The position numbers were made by a program, and so were the translations under genes. This document shows positions 39,795-50,790 of a stretch of DNA of 54,464 bases, piece after piece. The first letter of the stretch is position 1. Each line of letters begins with the position of its first letter. The notes below the pieces were generated by a model, which made no database searches, was not told where the DNA came from, and worked only from the letters and a program-made list of their open reading frames with translations. This DNA comes from an uncultured bacterium (lineage in GTDB: Bacteria; CAYUVA01), in assembly GCA_964448115.1 (NCBI GenBank), contig CAYUVA010000005.1, positions 62,001-116,464 on the forward strand, written 5' to 3'.

Positions 39795-41774
39795 TCACCG
39801 CTCATCGTTCGTTCCCAGCATCGCTTTTGCGCGCTCTACCTCCTTAAGCTGCGCCTCGATTTGAGCCATGAAGCCGTCTGGATATCTAGCCAGCTTGCCT
39901 TGCTCAAGCAAGCGCTGCAATATCTCCTTGGCGCCACTTACATCGTCTCTCAACAGCAGTATTTGCGCCTTGCCGAACAGCACCTGGGGATCATCTGGGA
40001 GCAAGCGCTGCAATTTATCAAGATAATCCTCGGCGATGCTCACCTGTCCCAGTTGCAGCGATATCTGAAATATCTTTCCCATCAAGTAGGGATCCTTAGT
40101 TACATCGATGCTTTTAGCCATTGCCAGGTAAGCTCTCAGAGCCTCTGGCTGGTTGCCGGCTGCCTCGCAAGCCTCCCCGTAGCGTCCATACAAAAGGGGA
40201 TCGTCCGGCTGAAGTTGCATACTTTTCTCGTAAGCCCTTGCCGCTGCTGCATAAAGGTTGTTGTACATGTAAACCCTGCCCAACTCGGTATATTTTGCTG
40301 CTGTTGGAGAGCCGCCAAGCATCATGTTAAGCTCCATATAGCCGAAAAACAAGGTTATGGCTATTGGTATGATTATTCTCTTTTCCAGGTAGCCCTGCTT
40401 GTATTTTACGATCAAAGAAAAAATAAAAATAAGATAGAAGCCGACCAGCGACAAGCCTAAAATAGCCCCTTTTGAACCGAATATCGCGAATGCAGAGCTT
40501 ATATAGCCCTCCTTCAGCACCTCCCAGGCGAACTCGACAATTGGCGCATCAAAGGGTAGCGGAAAGTGCATGCTCGATATGGTTCCCAGGGCGAATATCA
40601 GAATCGACATCAAGCCCAATGAGTAAAGAAGAACGCTTAGCCACCGCTTGTTGAGCCTAAGGGCAGCGAATCCGAGCACCAGAAATGGAACCATTGGTAC
40701 CAGGTGCCTGGGACCGAATGTCCAGCCACCATCGTAATCGACGAAACTTGCGCCGAAGAAGGTATATGCGACGATGACAATTAAAGGAAACAAATAGTTA
40801 CCGCCTGATACTGGTTCTTTCCCGCATTCTTTCTTCAGCACTCCCTTTATCAGCCCAAGAAGCCCCAGCAGCAGAAATGGCGAGAAGAAGAACAGCCCCT
40901 TTGCCGGGCTTACCATCAGCTTATAAAACGCCTTGAACGAGAACATTGAAATGCCGAAGATCCCCTGTGAATGGATGCGCTGAAAGTCGGGCAGCGCCTT
41001 GTACGAATACGCCAGGGTGAAAGGATCCTCGAAACAGGCATAATTATAAGCTAATAGCACCAGCAGCCAAGGTAAAGCACCGATTATCATCGGGATAACC
41101 TTATCCAATCGAGCGCGCCAGCTTATTGTGCACCAGAGGGAAATAATAAACCCAACGATGACCGAGGGATACTCGGTGATCACCGAATATGCCAAAAGAA
41201 ATCCGAGCAGATATGCAAAACGACTATCAATTTTTTCTTTTATTAGCAGGCTTGCCAGGTAAAATGCTGAAAGCATAAGTGCCGCCGACAACTGGTGCCC
41301 ATAAAACGCAGTCGAATAAGGCAAAGCCATGGTCCCAAAGGCATAAAATAACACCATCGAAGTGGCGTTAGCCTCGTCCATACCATACTCGACCAACAGC
41401 CGGCGCAGAATTAGCGCCATATAAGCCGATGGAACACCAATGGCAATAAGGGTTACCAGGTAGATGCCTAGCGGATGCATGGGATGGAGGTCGAATATCA
41501 AGGCGATGAGCTTGAAGGGCAGATAAACCGGTATGCCCAGCAAAGATGCTCCGATCGCCTTGTCAGCATAGTAGTGCTGGTTGTAAACCGCCTTGTCCCC
41601 GGTGTTGCTTGCGTATTTATCGATGCTTAGCGTCCCATCATTGACCACCGAATAGATCAAGTCCATGCGGCACATAATATTGTCATAGGGAACTATGGGA
41701 AAAAACAGGGCATAATAAAGGATGATTACCAGAAACAAAGGAAGCTCACGCTGAAAAAGGGGTTTGGACTTCAT
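39795..41774 (-). CDS. multi-TM GT-C-like membrane protein with C-terminal TPRs
   Basis: TGDKA..HYYADKAIG, KGLFFFSPFL, GGWTFGPRHLVP; many TM segments; TPR tail. Confidence 0.72.
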   Translation of the reverse strand: MKSKPLFQRELPLFLVIILYYALFFPIVPYDNIMCRMDLIYSVVNDGTLSIDKYASNTGDKAVYNQHYYADKAIGASLLGIPVYLPFKLIALIFDLHPMHPLGIYLVTLIAIGVPSAYMALILRRLLVEYGMDEANATSMVLFYAFGTMALPYSTAFYGHQLSAALMLSAFYLASLLIKEKIDSRFAYLLGFLLAYSVITEYPSVIVGFIISLWCTISWRARLDKVIPMIIGALPWLLVLLAYNYACFEDPFTLAYSYKALPDFQRIHSQGIFGISMFSFKAFYKLMVSPAKGLFFFSPFLLLGLLGLIKGVLKKECGKEPVSGGNYLFPLIVIVAYTFFGASFVDYDGGWTFGPRHLVPMVPFLVLGFAALRLNKRWLSVLLYSLGLMSILIFALGTISSMHFPLPFDAPIVEFAWEVLKEGYISSAFAIFGSKGAILGLSLVGFYLIFIFSLIVKYKQGYLEKRIIIPIAITLFFGYMELNMMLGGSPTAAKYTELGRVYMYNNLYAAAARAYEKSMQLQPDDPLLYGRYGEACEAAGNQPEALRAYLAMAKSIDVTKDPYLMGKIFQISLQLGQVSIAEDYLDKLQRLLPDDPQVLFGKAQILLLRDDVSGAKEILQRLLEQGKLARYPDGFMAQIEAQLKEVERAKAMLGTNDER

Positions 41775-41793
41775 CGGGGCGCTAATTGGGTGA

Positions 41794-43224
41794 TCACGAT
41801 TTGAGGTGCTTGGGGGTGAACTTATTCAACCAGGCATTCAAGCGCTCAAGGGTTCTACCTTTCTCTTTCAGCACTACCTGGTGATCATCGAGTCGCATCT
41901 TTAGCTTGCGAGCCTGCTCGGCGCTGGTATTGCGGCTTTGTATCATCCCTTGAATCCTTGAGAAGGAATCCTCGACCAGCTCCATAAATCTGCCGAGCCA
42001 AACCAGGATCTCTGCGAACTGCTCAGCTAGGATGCTAACCCCCTTGCTGCCCGCCATAGCCAGCTCTCTCCTGTGCGAGGCTGCCATCATCTCAAAGACC
42101 ACTCGCAGTGAGCAGAGCATGCGCAGGTAACTTATTGTAATCTCAACATTCTGCGCAATACCCGATCCTAATATCTCTCGGTTTCGCTCCAGGTAACCCT
42201 CCAGGATAGTACCCTTGCCAATGCCGGTAATTATTATGCTTTGTGGTTTTATCTTGTTCCCCTTAGCCTTGCATCCGGAGCCGAGTAGTGCTCCAAAAGG
42301 CAATACCACCGGCGCTTGAGCCATAGAGGTTATACCTGCCTTGAAGCCGGCTTGGATGATGGTTGGCCACTTGGTTCCACCGTGCCGGGGATCGAAGTTG
42401 CTGGTGGTAAAGAGCGCGCCGAGGTTGATCCCCTCAACATCTATACTCATCGACTCGTTATTATGCTCGAAGAGCAAGGTTTGCATAGGGTGGAAGCCCT
42501 CGGTGATGCCGGTTTCCTTCTGTCTCGTCTCGGTTAGCTTGCCGAAAAATAGCGCTTCGAGCCTTCCTGCAAGGTCAATAAAGACATCATCGACACAAGG
42601 CTCATTAGCCCAGTAAAGCGCGATAGCGACCGCATTGCCCAGGTAGCTCCTATGCGGGATCTCCACGGTAGCCTTTGGCGTGCAACCGATGATAGTCGAA
42701 GCCTTAAGCTCGCTTCCGTGTCCCAGGTGAACAAAGGGACCAACCATGCAATTGCGCCTTATGTTGCTGTCATCGAAGATCTCTGTGCCACCGAGTATGA
42801 GGCTGTGTTCAACCCTGGCATTACGCACCAATAGGTTATAAATATTCGTCTGCCCGGCTTCAGTGCGTAAGAAAGGCAAAAGCACCGAGTCGATGATCCT
42901 GGCATTATCGATCAGCTTTGTATTATCGCCGATGAACGAGTCGTTAACCCTCCCCTCGATGGTGCAGTCATTGCCTATAGTGGTTTGGCCGCTGATCCTG
43001 GCATTGCGGGTGATGAGGGTACCATTGCCGATTATCACATTACCCGCTATCTCACCAGCCACATCACAGCCGTCCCCAAGCTCGATCTCACCGACCAGCC
43101 GGGCTGTATTCCTGATCTTACAGCCGACGCTGATAGCCTTTTTCTTAATGTATTTTCTTAAAAAGGCAACCGTATCCTCATGGATAAATGCTCCATGTTC
43201 TACTTCAATTCCAGGCAATAACAT
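41794..43224 (-). CDS. left-handed beta-helix (hexapeptide-repeat) acyltransferase-like protein resembling the GlmU C-terminal domain
   Basis: IGNGTLI, IGNDCTI, IGDNTKL repeats; VGPFVHL..SELKAS, IPHRSYLGNA, GINLGA..TSNFD. No pyrophosphorylase domain. Confidence 0.72.
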   Translation of the reverse strand: MLLPGIEVEHGAFIHEDTVAFLRKYIKKKAISVGCKIRNTARLVGEIELGDGCDVAGEIAGNVIIGNGTLITRNARISGQTTIGNDCTIEGRVNDSFIGDNTKLIDNARIIDSVLLPFLRTEAGQTNIYNLLVRNARVEHSLILGGTEIFDDSNIRRNCMVGPFVHLGHGSELKASTIIGCTPKATVEIPHRSYLGNAVAIALYWANEPCVDDVFIDLAGRLEALFFGKLTETRQKETGITEGFHPMQTLLFEHNNESMSIDVEGINLGALFTTSNFDPRHGGTKWPTIIQAGFKAGITSMAQAPVVLPFGALLGSGCKAKGNKIKPQSIIITGIGKGTILEGYLERNREILGSGIAQNVEITISYLRMLCSLRVVFEMMAASHRRELAMAGSKGVSILAEQFAEILVWLGRFMELVEDSFSRIQGMIQSRNTSAEQARKLKMRLDDHQVVLKEKGRTLERLNAWLNKFTPKHLKS

Positions 43225-43412
43225 CCTAATTTTCCACCCCGAGGATCGTCCTTTAGGTTACTTGATTTACCGATACAGATTTCATAATAGCAGATTAGGG
43301 CATGAAGGTATAACTAACCATAACCTTGAGATTTTCCACCTGCCCCTTAGCCAAGGATAGGTAACATTTATCCTAAGTTGTGCTATATAGTAGTTGACTA
43401 AACAAGTGGTAA

Positions 43413-44444
43413 ATGGCAATGACACTAGGGGATGCACTTGATCAAAAGGCACGCTTTTATGCGCTTAAAGCCTCTCGTGCGTTGAATTATCCCTTGCTGC
43501 CGCCGCGGTTGGTGGCTCTATTTCTCACCTCTCGCTGCAACCTGCGCTGCCTGATGTGCGATATCCCCCAGAAAGCAAAAAGCGATGAAATTAGCACCGA
43601 GCAGGTCTTTGATATCATGCAAGACTTGAGCGACTTCGGGGTGAAAGAGCTTGACATCACCGGCGGCGAGCCATTTCTGCGCAAGGACATACTGCCCATC
43701 ATCAAACGAGCCAAGTCCCTCGGCTTCAGGGTTAATATCACCACCAACGGGGTGCTTATCGATACTAATGAGAAGGTGCAGCAACTGGTGGATACCGGCT
43801 TGGATAGCATCCAGGTCTCCATCGACGGCGCCAAGGCTGAGACCCACGATTACATCAGGCGTTCGCCCGGCTGCCTTGAAAAGATACTAAACTTCGTGGA
43901 GATGCTAAATGAAGCCAGGGCGCTAAACAACGGCTTGCCGCATCTGAATTGCACAACCGTTATGATGCGCTACAATCTCGGCGAGCTGCTTGAGCTGGTG
44001 CATATAACAAGAGAGCTTGGATTTACCTCGATAACCTTACAGCCGATCGCCGATGACAATAACGATATCAAGATCAGGGATCCTAGCAATCCGCACCGCA
44101 TCCGACCAGAGCAGATAAAGCAGCTTCGGGGGGTTATCGATGAACTCAAGTCATTCAAACGTAGCGAGGGGTTCCTTTGCAACTCGGAGCGCCATCTCGA
44201 CCTGATCTATCGTTACTTTGCCAATGAGGAGCTAGGTGAGATCACCTGTTACAGCGGGTTCTTCACCGGCACGGTCGATGACAAGGGGATCCTCCGCTCT
44301 GTTTGCATGGGAGCTTACGGCAGCCTGCTGGAGCACTCGATCAGCGAGCTTTGGAACTCCAAGCGAGCGCAAACCATACGAAGGGCGATAAAGAACTGCA
44401 AGACCCCCTGCCTGTATCCCTGCTGGATCGACTTCATCGTGTGA
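43413..44444 (+). CDS. radical SAM protein with SPASM/Twitch-like tail
   Basis: CNLRCLMC, TGGEPF, SIDG; CYSG..VC..CKTPCLYPC. Confidence 0.9.
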   Translation: MAMTLGDALDQKARFYALKASRALNYPLLPPRLVALFLTSRCNLRCLMCDIPQKAKSDEISTEQVFDIMQDLSDFGVKELDITGGEPFLRKDILPIIKRAKSLGFRVNITTNGVLIDTNEKVQQLVDTGLDSIQVSIDGAKAETHDYIRRSPGCLEKILNFVEMLNEARALNNGLPHLNCTTVMMRYNLGELLELVHITRELGFTSITLQPIADDNNDIKIRDPSNPHRIRPEQIKQLRGVIDELKSFKRSEGFLCNSERHLDLIYRYFANEELGEITCYSGFFTGTVDDKGILRSVCMGAYGSLLEHSISELWNSKRAQTIRRAIKNCKTPCLYPCWIDFIV

Positions 44445-44647
44445 GGGAGCAAGTTTTGTATAAAATTAACATTTTCACTTTTCTCTTGACCAAATAAGGA
44501 GGCTTGAGAGGCTCAGGAAGTATGGTAAAACTGGATGGCAGAATTCGAATCCATTTGAGTATGAACTATCTGGCTTAAAGGAACCATTTAATCCTTTGTT
44601 GGAAATTGGGTAATGGAAACATGATTAAAACAAGTAATTTCTCTTAA

Positions 44648-47600
44648 TCACTGCTTTACTATTAAGCTGGGGAAATGCTCCTCATTGCCTGAGTAATCGA
44701 CCGCCTTAACTTCGAGAAGGTATCTAATAACATCACCATAGGGCAGCTCGCCGATGTCCGCGTAAAAGCCATAGATTCCATCGCCCTTATTAAAGTCTCC
44801 GCTGTTACCATCATCCATCAAGAATAAACCAGTCGGCACACCCTGGTAGAGAACCTGTACAGACTCGATATCATCAAGCCCATCCGGGTCGCTGATTACA
44901 ACGATGAGGTTAAGCGCGCCGCCCAGCCTGGTCAGCCTGGTCGCCATGTAGCCACCTGCCATGATGCACGGTGCATTTTTTTGAGGGGTATCGGTTGCGG
45001 TGGGAAGCGGCGTCTCGGTGGGAGTTGCGGTCTCATTACTTGTCTGGGTGGCAGTGGGAGTGGATGTCGGTGGCGCTATTGTCGGTGTAGCCGTGCTGGT
45101 GCTGGTCGCTGTCGGCGTTGAGCTGGGGATCTGGGTTGCGGTTGCCGTCACCGTTGAGGTCGGTATATCGGTCATGGTCGGTGTTACTGTCGGAGTTGCC
45201 GTCGGCTCGGTAACGCACTCCCGATAGAAGCTCACCTCTACATCATCGATATTCCACCCGCAGTAATGTACCGACGAGTCGGACGGTCCCATGCCCCAGC
45301 GAATGAACACCTGGGGTTGTCCATCAGCTATCGAGCTAATATCATACTCAACCCTTACCCATGTGCCATCGTACATGCTGGAATCGGGATTCTCCCAGAT
45401 GGTTGTCCAGTTGAAGCCATTGGTGGAGACCTGCAAAGTGGCGTGATCATAGTCTGAATCCTCCACGCCGAGCCAGCGATAGAAGCTTAGGGTAGTGCCG
45501 CTCCCCTCGGAGCAGTCAATCGCATCGCTACGCAGGTATCTCGCCGAGGGTATATCATCCTCGTAATCTCCAGTAAGGTTATAGCCATAGACATTACTCC
45601 CCGTGTAGCCATTGGTCGGATCCGGTCCCCCATATTGTCCCCCTTGTCCGGTCGGCTGCCCGAATGCCCACATCTCGTGGGTAGTCTGCCAGCCTGGGTT
45701 GCTATCCAGAGGCTCTTGAAGGATGATCACATGCTCCAGGGTTACGAAGCTGTAGTATGCGCCGCTGTTATCATCGGTGGTCATATTGCCGATCTCATCG
45801 GAACTGCTCACCGAGAAGTAATACCTGGTGCACGGCTCAAGATCCCTAAGCTCAACTGAGTGGAAGGTTACCCGATTAGCATGGTAAGTCTGCTCGCTGG
45901 GCGGGATGCTATCGCCATAGTCAACGCGAGAATCGGAAGGCTCCGAGGTGGTCCAGGTTATCACCGCAGAATAGCCACCTATATCAGTCGCCGAGACATT
46001 CATTATTTCAGGTCCTAAGCAATCGATGTTTGCAGTGTCTGAGGCGCTGGTCGGCGAGCCTTCACAGTCCGCATCATCATAGGTGGCGGTGATCGTATCT
46101 GCGCTGTTTACGAGCAGTTTCCCGGGGGTTGACTCGGTGCTCACCTGCAGGTCGCCGTAGAAGAAGCCGCTGTCCACGCTCGACTCTGTGAGTTGAACTA
46201 GAATGCCGCTAGGGTCGGCATCGCTGGTCGCAAGAACCTGAACCTGCTCCATGGTGCCAGGGTCGGTATTCAGGTCATCATCGAGCAGCTCGATCAGGAT
46301 GGTCGAAACGCAGGAGTAAATGTTCCTTTCGATGTTTATTATGCCGCAGCCTTCTGTTGGCTCGAAGACAACCAGCGCATCCATATCGAAGCCCGGATGT
46401 GCACCGCTATAGCTTCCATCGCCATCATCGACCACCTTCACATATCTAGCCGAGCTGATTCCGCTGCCGGATATATCAAAGCCCTGGGTGCCGGTCCCGG
46501 TCCCCAGCGAAGTCCATGGTCCCAGGAAATAGTTGCCGATGTAAACATAATAGCTCTCGTTTGCCTTATCGGTTGCTGCCTCGATGATGGTGAAATCAAC
46601 TCCAGGTCGGTCGGTTATCTCGAAGCCCTGTCCGACATCGATGGTTACATGCCCTCCACGCCCCAGGGAGCAGGGCACACCATCAGGAGGTCCCAGCGCG
46701 TAGTTCGGATGGGTTACATTCTCGAAATCGTTATAGGGATCCGGCTGATCGGCGGTCTCCAGGCGATAACCATAGACTGCGAAGTTGCGTTCAAGCTCCA
46801 CATCACAGATGGTGGTATCGCCGGTTTCGACGCTTACATCGTTTATCGTCCTTGACTCGTAGCCATTAGCCCATACATCTATGTCATAGGTACCGCTGAG
46901 GAGGAACTTATGATAATCGCCCATCTGCGGGTCTGTATGGCATTGCCAGTTGTGCTGCTGAACGCGCACGGTAGCGGGGATGCCCCTGCCGGTGTGGGAA
47001 CCCGTAACCGTCCCTGCCAAGCCCTTGCCTGCCTGCTCGATGATGTAGATGATGGCGTCTCGATTTGCCAGCCAGTCGGTCTCGTAGTCATATCCAGGTG
47101 TCTCTATGGTCCAATCGATGTCCCCGCAGACGCCGTAACTCCAGTCATTGGTGTCGCCGTGAGTCTCGTACCAGTCATAGCCATTGATCACCGTGTAGCC
47201 ATTTCCCCTATCGTGATAGCCATTTGATAAATATACGATGGCAGCCTCATCAGGCGTATTGACCGGGGTATAGTTATAAACATAGTTGATATAAGAGGCA
47301 TCTCCGTGAAAGGATAGTGAGAGCACAAAGTTGTTGACCACGGAGTAATCGCGCAGCGCCACGGTCTCTGGCTCCGAGAACTGGCTGCTTCCGTGAGTCG
47401 AGGATGATACCCACATATAACCATAGTTGCGGTTCAGGTCAACGCTGCGGGAATTGTAGCGAGTCCCGGCTACATGACCATCCGGGTTGACCACCGGCTG
47501 TATCCAGATCTCTCGGCTATCAACCAGGCTGGTGATTAGCGGGCTGGAGCCGTAGTTCTCGCAGATATATATGGCCATATCGAGCGCTATCTCTCCGGAG

Positions 47601-48115
47601 AAATACTCGTCGCCATGGTGCTGTCCCACGATCCGTACCTCTGGCTCTGCCTCTTCGATATCAGGATTATCGGTAATCTTGAGCACGATAAGCTCCCGCC
47701 CCTGCACCGAGCTTCCCACCACATAAAGACGAACGATGTCGGGATAATCGGAAGCAAGCTGGTACATGAGCGTCTTTTTCTGCTCCCAGGTCCTTATCTG
47801 CTGCGTCTTGACAAGCTGCTCGTACCTTTGGCGATTGAATGCCCGGATATCGTCGATTATGACCTCGAAATCGAAGCCGAGATCCCGCAATAGCTGCATT
47901 TCGGTCTCAATAGCTCGGATGTTTACTCGCTTGCCCTCTCGTCCGGTGATAACCAGGCTCAGCGAGTACAGCTCTTGTAAGCCAGACTCATCATCAACCA
48001 CCACCGAGATCAGGCTCTCCTTTTGGTCGATTCGAGCTTTCCCTGCATCGGCGCTGCTAATAACTGCCAGGATGATAAAAAGTGAAGTGATGGAGATTAC
48101 AAACGATCTGCTCAT
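44648..48115 (-). CDS. secreted M14 zinc carboxypeptidase with regulatory-like, FN3 and beta-sandwich domains, PT linker and conserved C-terminal domain
   Basis: Signal peptide; HGDE, NPDG, VDLNRN, SFHG, TIE (M14); FN3 (YYFSVSSSD); TPT tract; [25 protein letters not shown]. Confidence 0.9.
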   Translation of the reverse strand: MSRSFVISITSLFIILAVISSADAGKARIDQKESLISVVVDDESGLQELYSLSLVITGREGKRVNIRAIETEMQLLRDLGFDFEVIIDDIRAFNRQRYEQLVKTQQIRTWEQKKTLMYQLASDYPDIVRLYVVGSSVQGRELIVLKITDNPDIEEAEPEVRIVGQHHGDEYFSGEIALDMAIYICENYGSSPLITSLVDSREIWIQPVVNPDGHVAGTRYNSRSVDLNRNYGYMWVSSSTHGSSQFSEPETVALRDYSVVNNFVLSLSFHGDASYINYVYNYTPVNTPDEAAIVYLSNGYHDRGNGYTVINGYDWYETHGDTNDWSYGVCGDIDWTIETPGYDYETDWLANRDAIIYIIEQAGKGLAGTVTGSHTGRGIPATVRVQQHNWQCHTDPQMGDYHKFLLSGTYDIDVWANGYESRTINDVSVETGDTTICDVELERNFAVYGYRLETADQPDPYNDFENVTHPNYALGPPDGVPCSLGRGGHVTIDVGQGFEITDRPGVDFTIIEAATDKANESYYVYIGNYFLGPWTSLGTGTGTQGFDISGSGISSARYVKVVDDGDGSYSGAHPGFDMDALVVFEPTEGCGIINIERNIYSCVSTILIELLDDDLNTDPGTMEQVQVLATSDADPSGILVQLTESSVDSGFFYGDLQVSTESTPGKLLVNSADTITATYDDADCEGSPTSASDTANIDCLGPEIMNVSATDIGGYSAVITWTTSEPSDSRVDYGDSIPPSEQTYHANRVTFHSVELRDLEPCTRYYFSVSSSDEIGNMTTDDNSGAYYSFVTLEHVIILQEPLDSNPGWQTTHEMWAFGQPTGQGGQYGGPDPTNGYTGSNVYGYNLTGDYEDDIPSARYLRSDAIDCSEGSGTTLSFYRWLGVEDSDYDHATLQVSTNGFNWTTIWENPDSSMYDGTWVRVEYDISSIADGQPQVFIRWGMGPSDSSVHYCGWNIDDVEVSFYRECVTEPTATPTVTPTMTDIPTSTVTATATQIPSSTPTATSTSTATPTIAPPTSTPTATQTSNETATPTETPLPTATDTPQKNAPCIMAGGYMATRLTRLGGALNLIVVISDPDGLDDIESVQVLYQGVPTGLFLMDDGNSGDFNKGDGIYGFYADIGELPYGDVIRYLLEVKAVDYSGNEEHFPSLIVKQ
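44985..45210 (-). repeat. Pro/Thr-rich linker (coding)
   Basis: [11 protein letters not shown]...[10 protein letters not shown]. Confidence 0.85.
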
Positions 48116-48226
48116 TGCAACGATTTCTTTCGTTATTTCAATAGGTTATCATCATTTATCCTTACGATAATCTTTTATCAGAATGATAAACAATAATCAA
48201 TAAATGCGCTAGAATAGTTGATTGTG

Positions 48227-49288
48227 ATGAACATAGAAGATTATGATTACCTTCTGCCGGAGGAGCTTATAGCTCAGCTACCCTTGGAAAAGCGCGATAG
48301 CTCCCGGCTGATGGTGCTCGATCCCGTATCAAGGCGTATCTCGCACGCCAAGTTTGATATGCTCCCGGAAATGCTTTCCAGCCATGACCTGCTTGTCTTC
48401 AATGATACCAAGGTCTTCAAGGCAAAACTGTTAGCAACCAACCAGCGAACAGGAAAACGGGTTGAACTGCTTTTAGTAAGAAAGCTGGAATCGAGCAGAT
48501 GGCTGGCGCTGGCAAAGCCGATGAGAAGATTGAAGGTGGCTGACAAGCTGATCATCAAAGACGAGGTAAAAGTAAGTTATGCTGGAAGGCACGATGATAA
48601 GGCGATCCTAGATTTCGGGCATGATGTCGATGTTATGGGCATCTGCGAACGATACGGAAAAACTCCGCTGCCACCGTACATAAAAAGGGGAGAAGATGGC
48701 GAGATCGCCGAGCTAGACCCTTATGGCTATCAAACATTATATGCATGCAATTTAGGTTCCATCGCTGCTCCCACCGCCGGCTTGCATTTCAGCGAGGAGT
48801 TATTGCAGCGCCTGCAAAGACGAGGAGTCAAAACCGCCTTTATAACCCTGCATGTCGGAGTGGGCACCTTCAAGCCGGTTCGCTGCCAGGATATCACCAG
48901 GCATATCATGGAAGCCGAATATTACAGTATCCCGCGCCATGTATCTGATTTAATTCGCTCTCAAATCGATCGAAAAAAGAGGATCATAGCGGTGGGAACG
49001 ACTACAACAAGGGCACTGGAAAGCGCCTTCGATGACAGCGCCACCGTAGTTGCAGCTCGAGGATGGAGCCGGCTTTTCATACATCCAGGCTACAGGTTCA
49101 AGGTGATCAGTGGGCTAATTACCAACTTCCACCTGCCACGCTCAACGCTGTTGATGCTGGTCTGCGCCTTTGCCGGCAGGGAGTTTATCCTGAGTGCATA
49201 TCAACAAGCAATCAAAAAAAAATATCGTTTCTATAGCTACGGTGATGCTATGTTCATAACCAGGAGAAAAGATGAAAGCCACTTATAG
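48227..49288 (+). CDS. queA: tRNA preQ1(34) S-adenosylmethionine ribosyltransferase-isomerase
   Basis: LPEELIAQ, PLPPYIKR, AAPTAGLHF, LHVGVGTF, VGTTTTRALE, TNFHLPRSTL, YRFYSYGDAM. Confidence 0.97.
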   Translation: MNIEDYDYLLPEELIAQLPLEKRDSSRLMVLDPVSRRISHAKFDMLPEMLSSHDLLVFNDTKVFKAKLLATNQRTGKRVELLLVRKLESSRWLALAKPMRRLKVADKLIIKDEVKVSYAGRHDDKAILDFGHDVDVMGICERYGKTPLPPYIKRGEDGEIAELDPYGYQTLYACNLGSIAAPTAGLHFSEELLQRLQRRGVKTAFITLHVGVGTFKPVRCQDITRHIMEAEYYSIPRHVSDLIRSQIDRKKRIIAVGTTTTRALESAFDDSATVVAARGWSRLFIHPGYRFKVISGLITNFHLPRSTLLMLVCAFAGREFILSAYQQAIKKKYRFYSYGDAMFITRRKDESHL

Positions 49289-49539
49289 CATGTAAGATCG
49301 CTATGGGAGCTAAATTTTTTTTCAGGTATTAGAGCCGGTTTAACGAATATTTTTTTATTTGCCTCATCATTGATGTTCGAACAATAAATCGTGTGTTGAT
49401 ACATGACACACCCCGTCTCGCTCAGAAGCGATCCACTCCTATTGAATAGCAGAGTGCACAATGATATAGTCGTATATTATGCAAATGGTGGTGATCTTAA
49501 GAAGGATCGATAGCTACAATTAACAGACGGAGGGATGGC

Positions 49540-50778
49540 ATGAGAAACTTGGTGGTCTTATTGGTTGCGCTGCTTCTTGCGATTATGCCACAGGTGGCGC
49601 TTGCTGGCGGATCTGCGAACCTTAACGCCGGCGCAGAAAGGGTCGCTATGCTCGCCTATGTGGCAAAGGCAGAGAACCTGACCTGCATCTTCCATAATCC
49701 AGCAGGCTTGGCGCAACTTAAGGGGAACAACTTCCACAGCAGCCTTAATCTCGGCTATATCTCAGCCGGCTTCAGGCTCAGGGAATTCGATGAGGAAGGT
49801 AATCCGTATCTGCTAGACGAGATAAAGCCGAAGATCGCTGGCGGGATACTACCGCTGCTTGGCGTAAGCTCCGACTTTGATACCGAACGCTGGGTGTTTG
49901 GAGTCGGGCTTTATTTCCCGTTTTTAGGGGGCGCGTACTTCGAGGAGGACGATGACTTCAAGTATCACCTGGTTAGAGCAACCATCATCAATGCATATCT
50001 GACGCCGACTGTCGCTTATAGAGTCCTGGATAATCTCTTTGTCGGCGCCGGCATAAGCTATATCTTCAGCTACAAGAGCGGCGAGCGGTGGATGGAGAAA
50101 TATGGCTTTGATGGACCCCTTGAGTTCGAGCTTACCGGGCATAGCTGGGGTTGGGATGTCGGAGCGCTTTATAATCCAATAGAAAAATTAAGGCTCGGTG
50201 TATCATTCGCCAGCAAGAACTATCTCGACCTGGAGGGGGATGCAACCTTCACCAATGTTGCCACAAAGACAAAGTTCGACCTTAACCTGAAGAACACTGA
50301 GATCATCCCATCGACCCTGCGTGGAGGCATAAACTACCAGTTGACCGACAAGGTGCAGGTCGGTTTCGATTACACCTGGTGGAATTACTCGGTGGTGAAG
50401 AAATCGGTCATCGAAGTCTCCGGCGACCTGCCCCTTGGAAAGATTGAAAGTCCCCGCAACTACCGCGACTCGCTGAATGTGGCGCTGGGAATGGAGTACG
50501 CCTACTCGCCGATATGGACATTCTACGGCGGGATAATGCGTGATGTTACGCCAACTCCCGACGCGACTTATTCCATGGAGACCATTACCAACGACTACAT
50601 TGCCATCGCAATGGGATTCAAGAGAAAATTTGAAAGATCGGACTTCACGCTTGCATACCAGCACCAGTGGCAGGAAAAGAGGAACATCTCCCACAGCATC
50701 CTTGACCCTCCATTCAATGTGAAGGTAGAGACTGCAATGTTCGACACCATCGTGGTGGAATACAACTTAAGGTTCTAA
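49540..50778 (+). CDS. FadL/OmpP1/TodX family outer-membrane transporter
   Basis: Signal peptide, FHNPAGL hatch motif, alternating beta-strands, terminal Phe (YNLRF). Confidence 0.85.
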   Translation: MRNLVVLLVALLLAIMPQVALAGGSANLNAGAERVAMLAYVAKAENLTCIFHNPAGLAQLKGNNFHSSLNLGYISAGFRLREFDEEGNPYLLDEIKPKIAGGILPLLGVSSDFDTERWVFGVGLYFPFLGGAYFEEDDDFKYHLVRATIINAYLTPTVAYRVLDNLFVGAGISYIFSYKSGERWMEKYGFDGPLEFELTGHSWGWDVGALYNPIEKLRLGVSFASKNYLDLEGDATFTNVATKTKFDLNLKNTEIIPSTLRGGINYQLTDKVQVGFDYTWWNYSVVKKSVIEVSGDLPLGKIESPRNYRDSLNVALGMEYAYSPIWTFYGGIMRDVTPTPDATYSMETITNDYIAIAMGFKRKFERSDFTLAYQHQWQEKRNISHSILDPPFNVKVETAMFDTIVVEYNLRF

Positions 50779-50790
50779 ACCAAACCAGCG

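Noticed and set aside
44504-44578. 24-aa ORF after the radical SAM gene as a RiPP precursor
   Set aside because: The AGGAGG lies only 1 nt from the TTG, and the peptide has no Cys/Trp core or leader-like features.
49460-49487. dif-like site (CGTATA-TTATGCAAAT)
   Set aside because: The right arm only partly resembles an XerD site and the left arm lacks the XerC ATAA motif.
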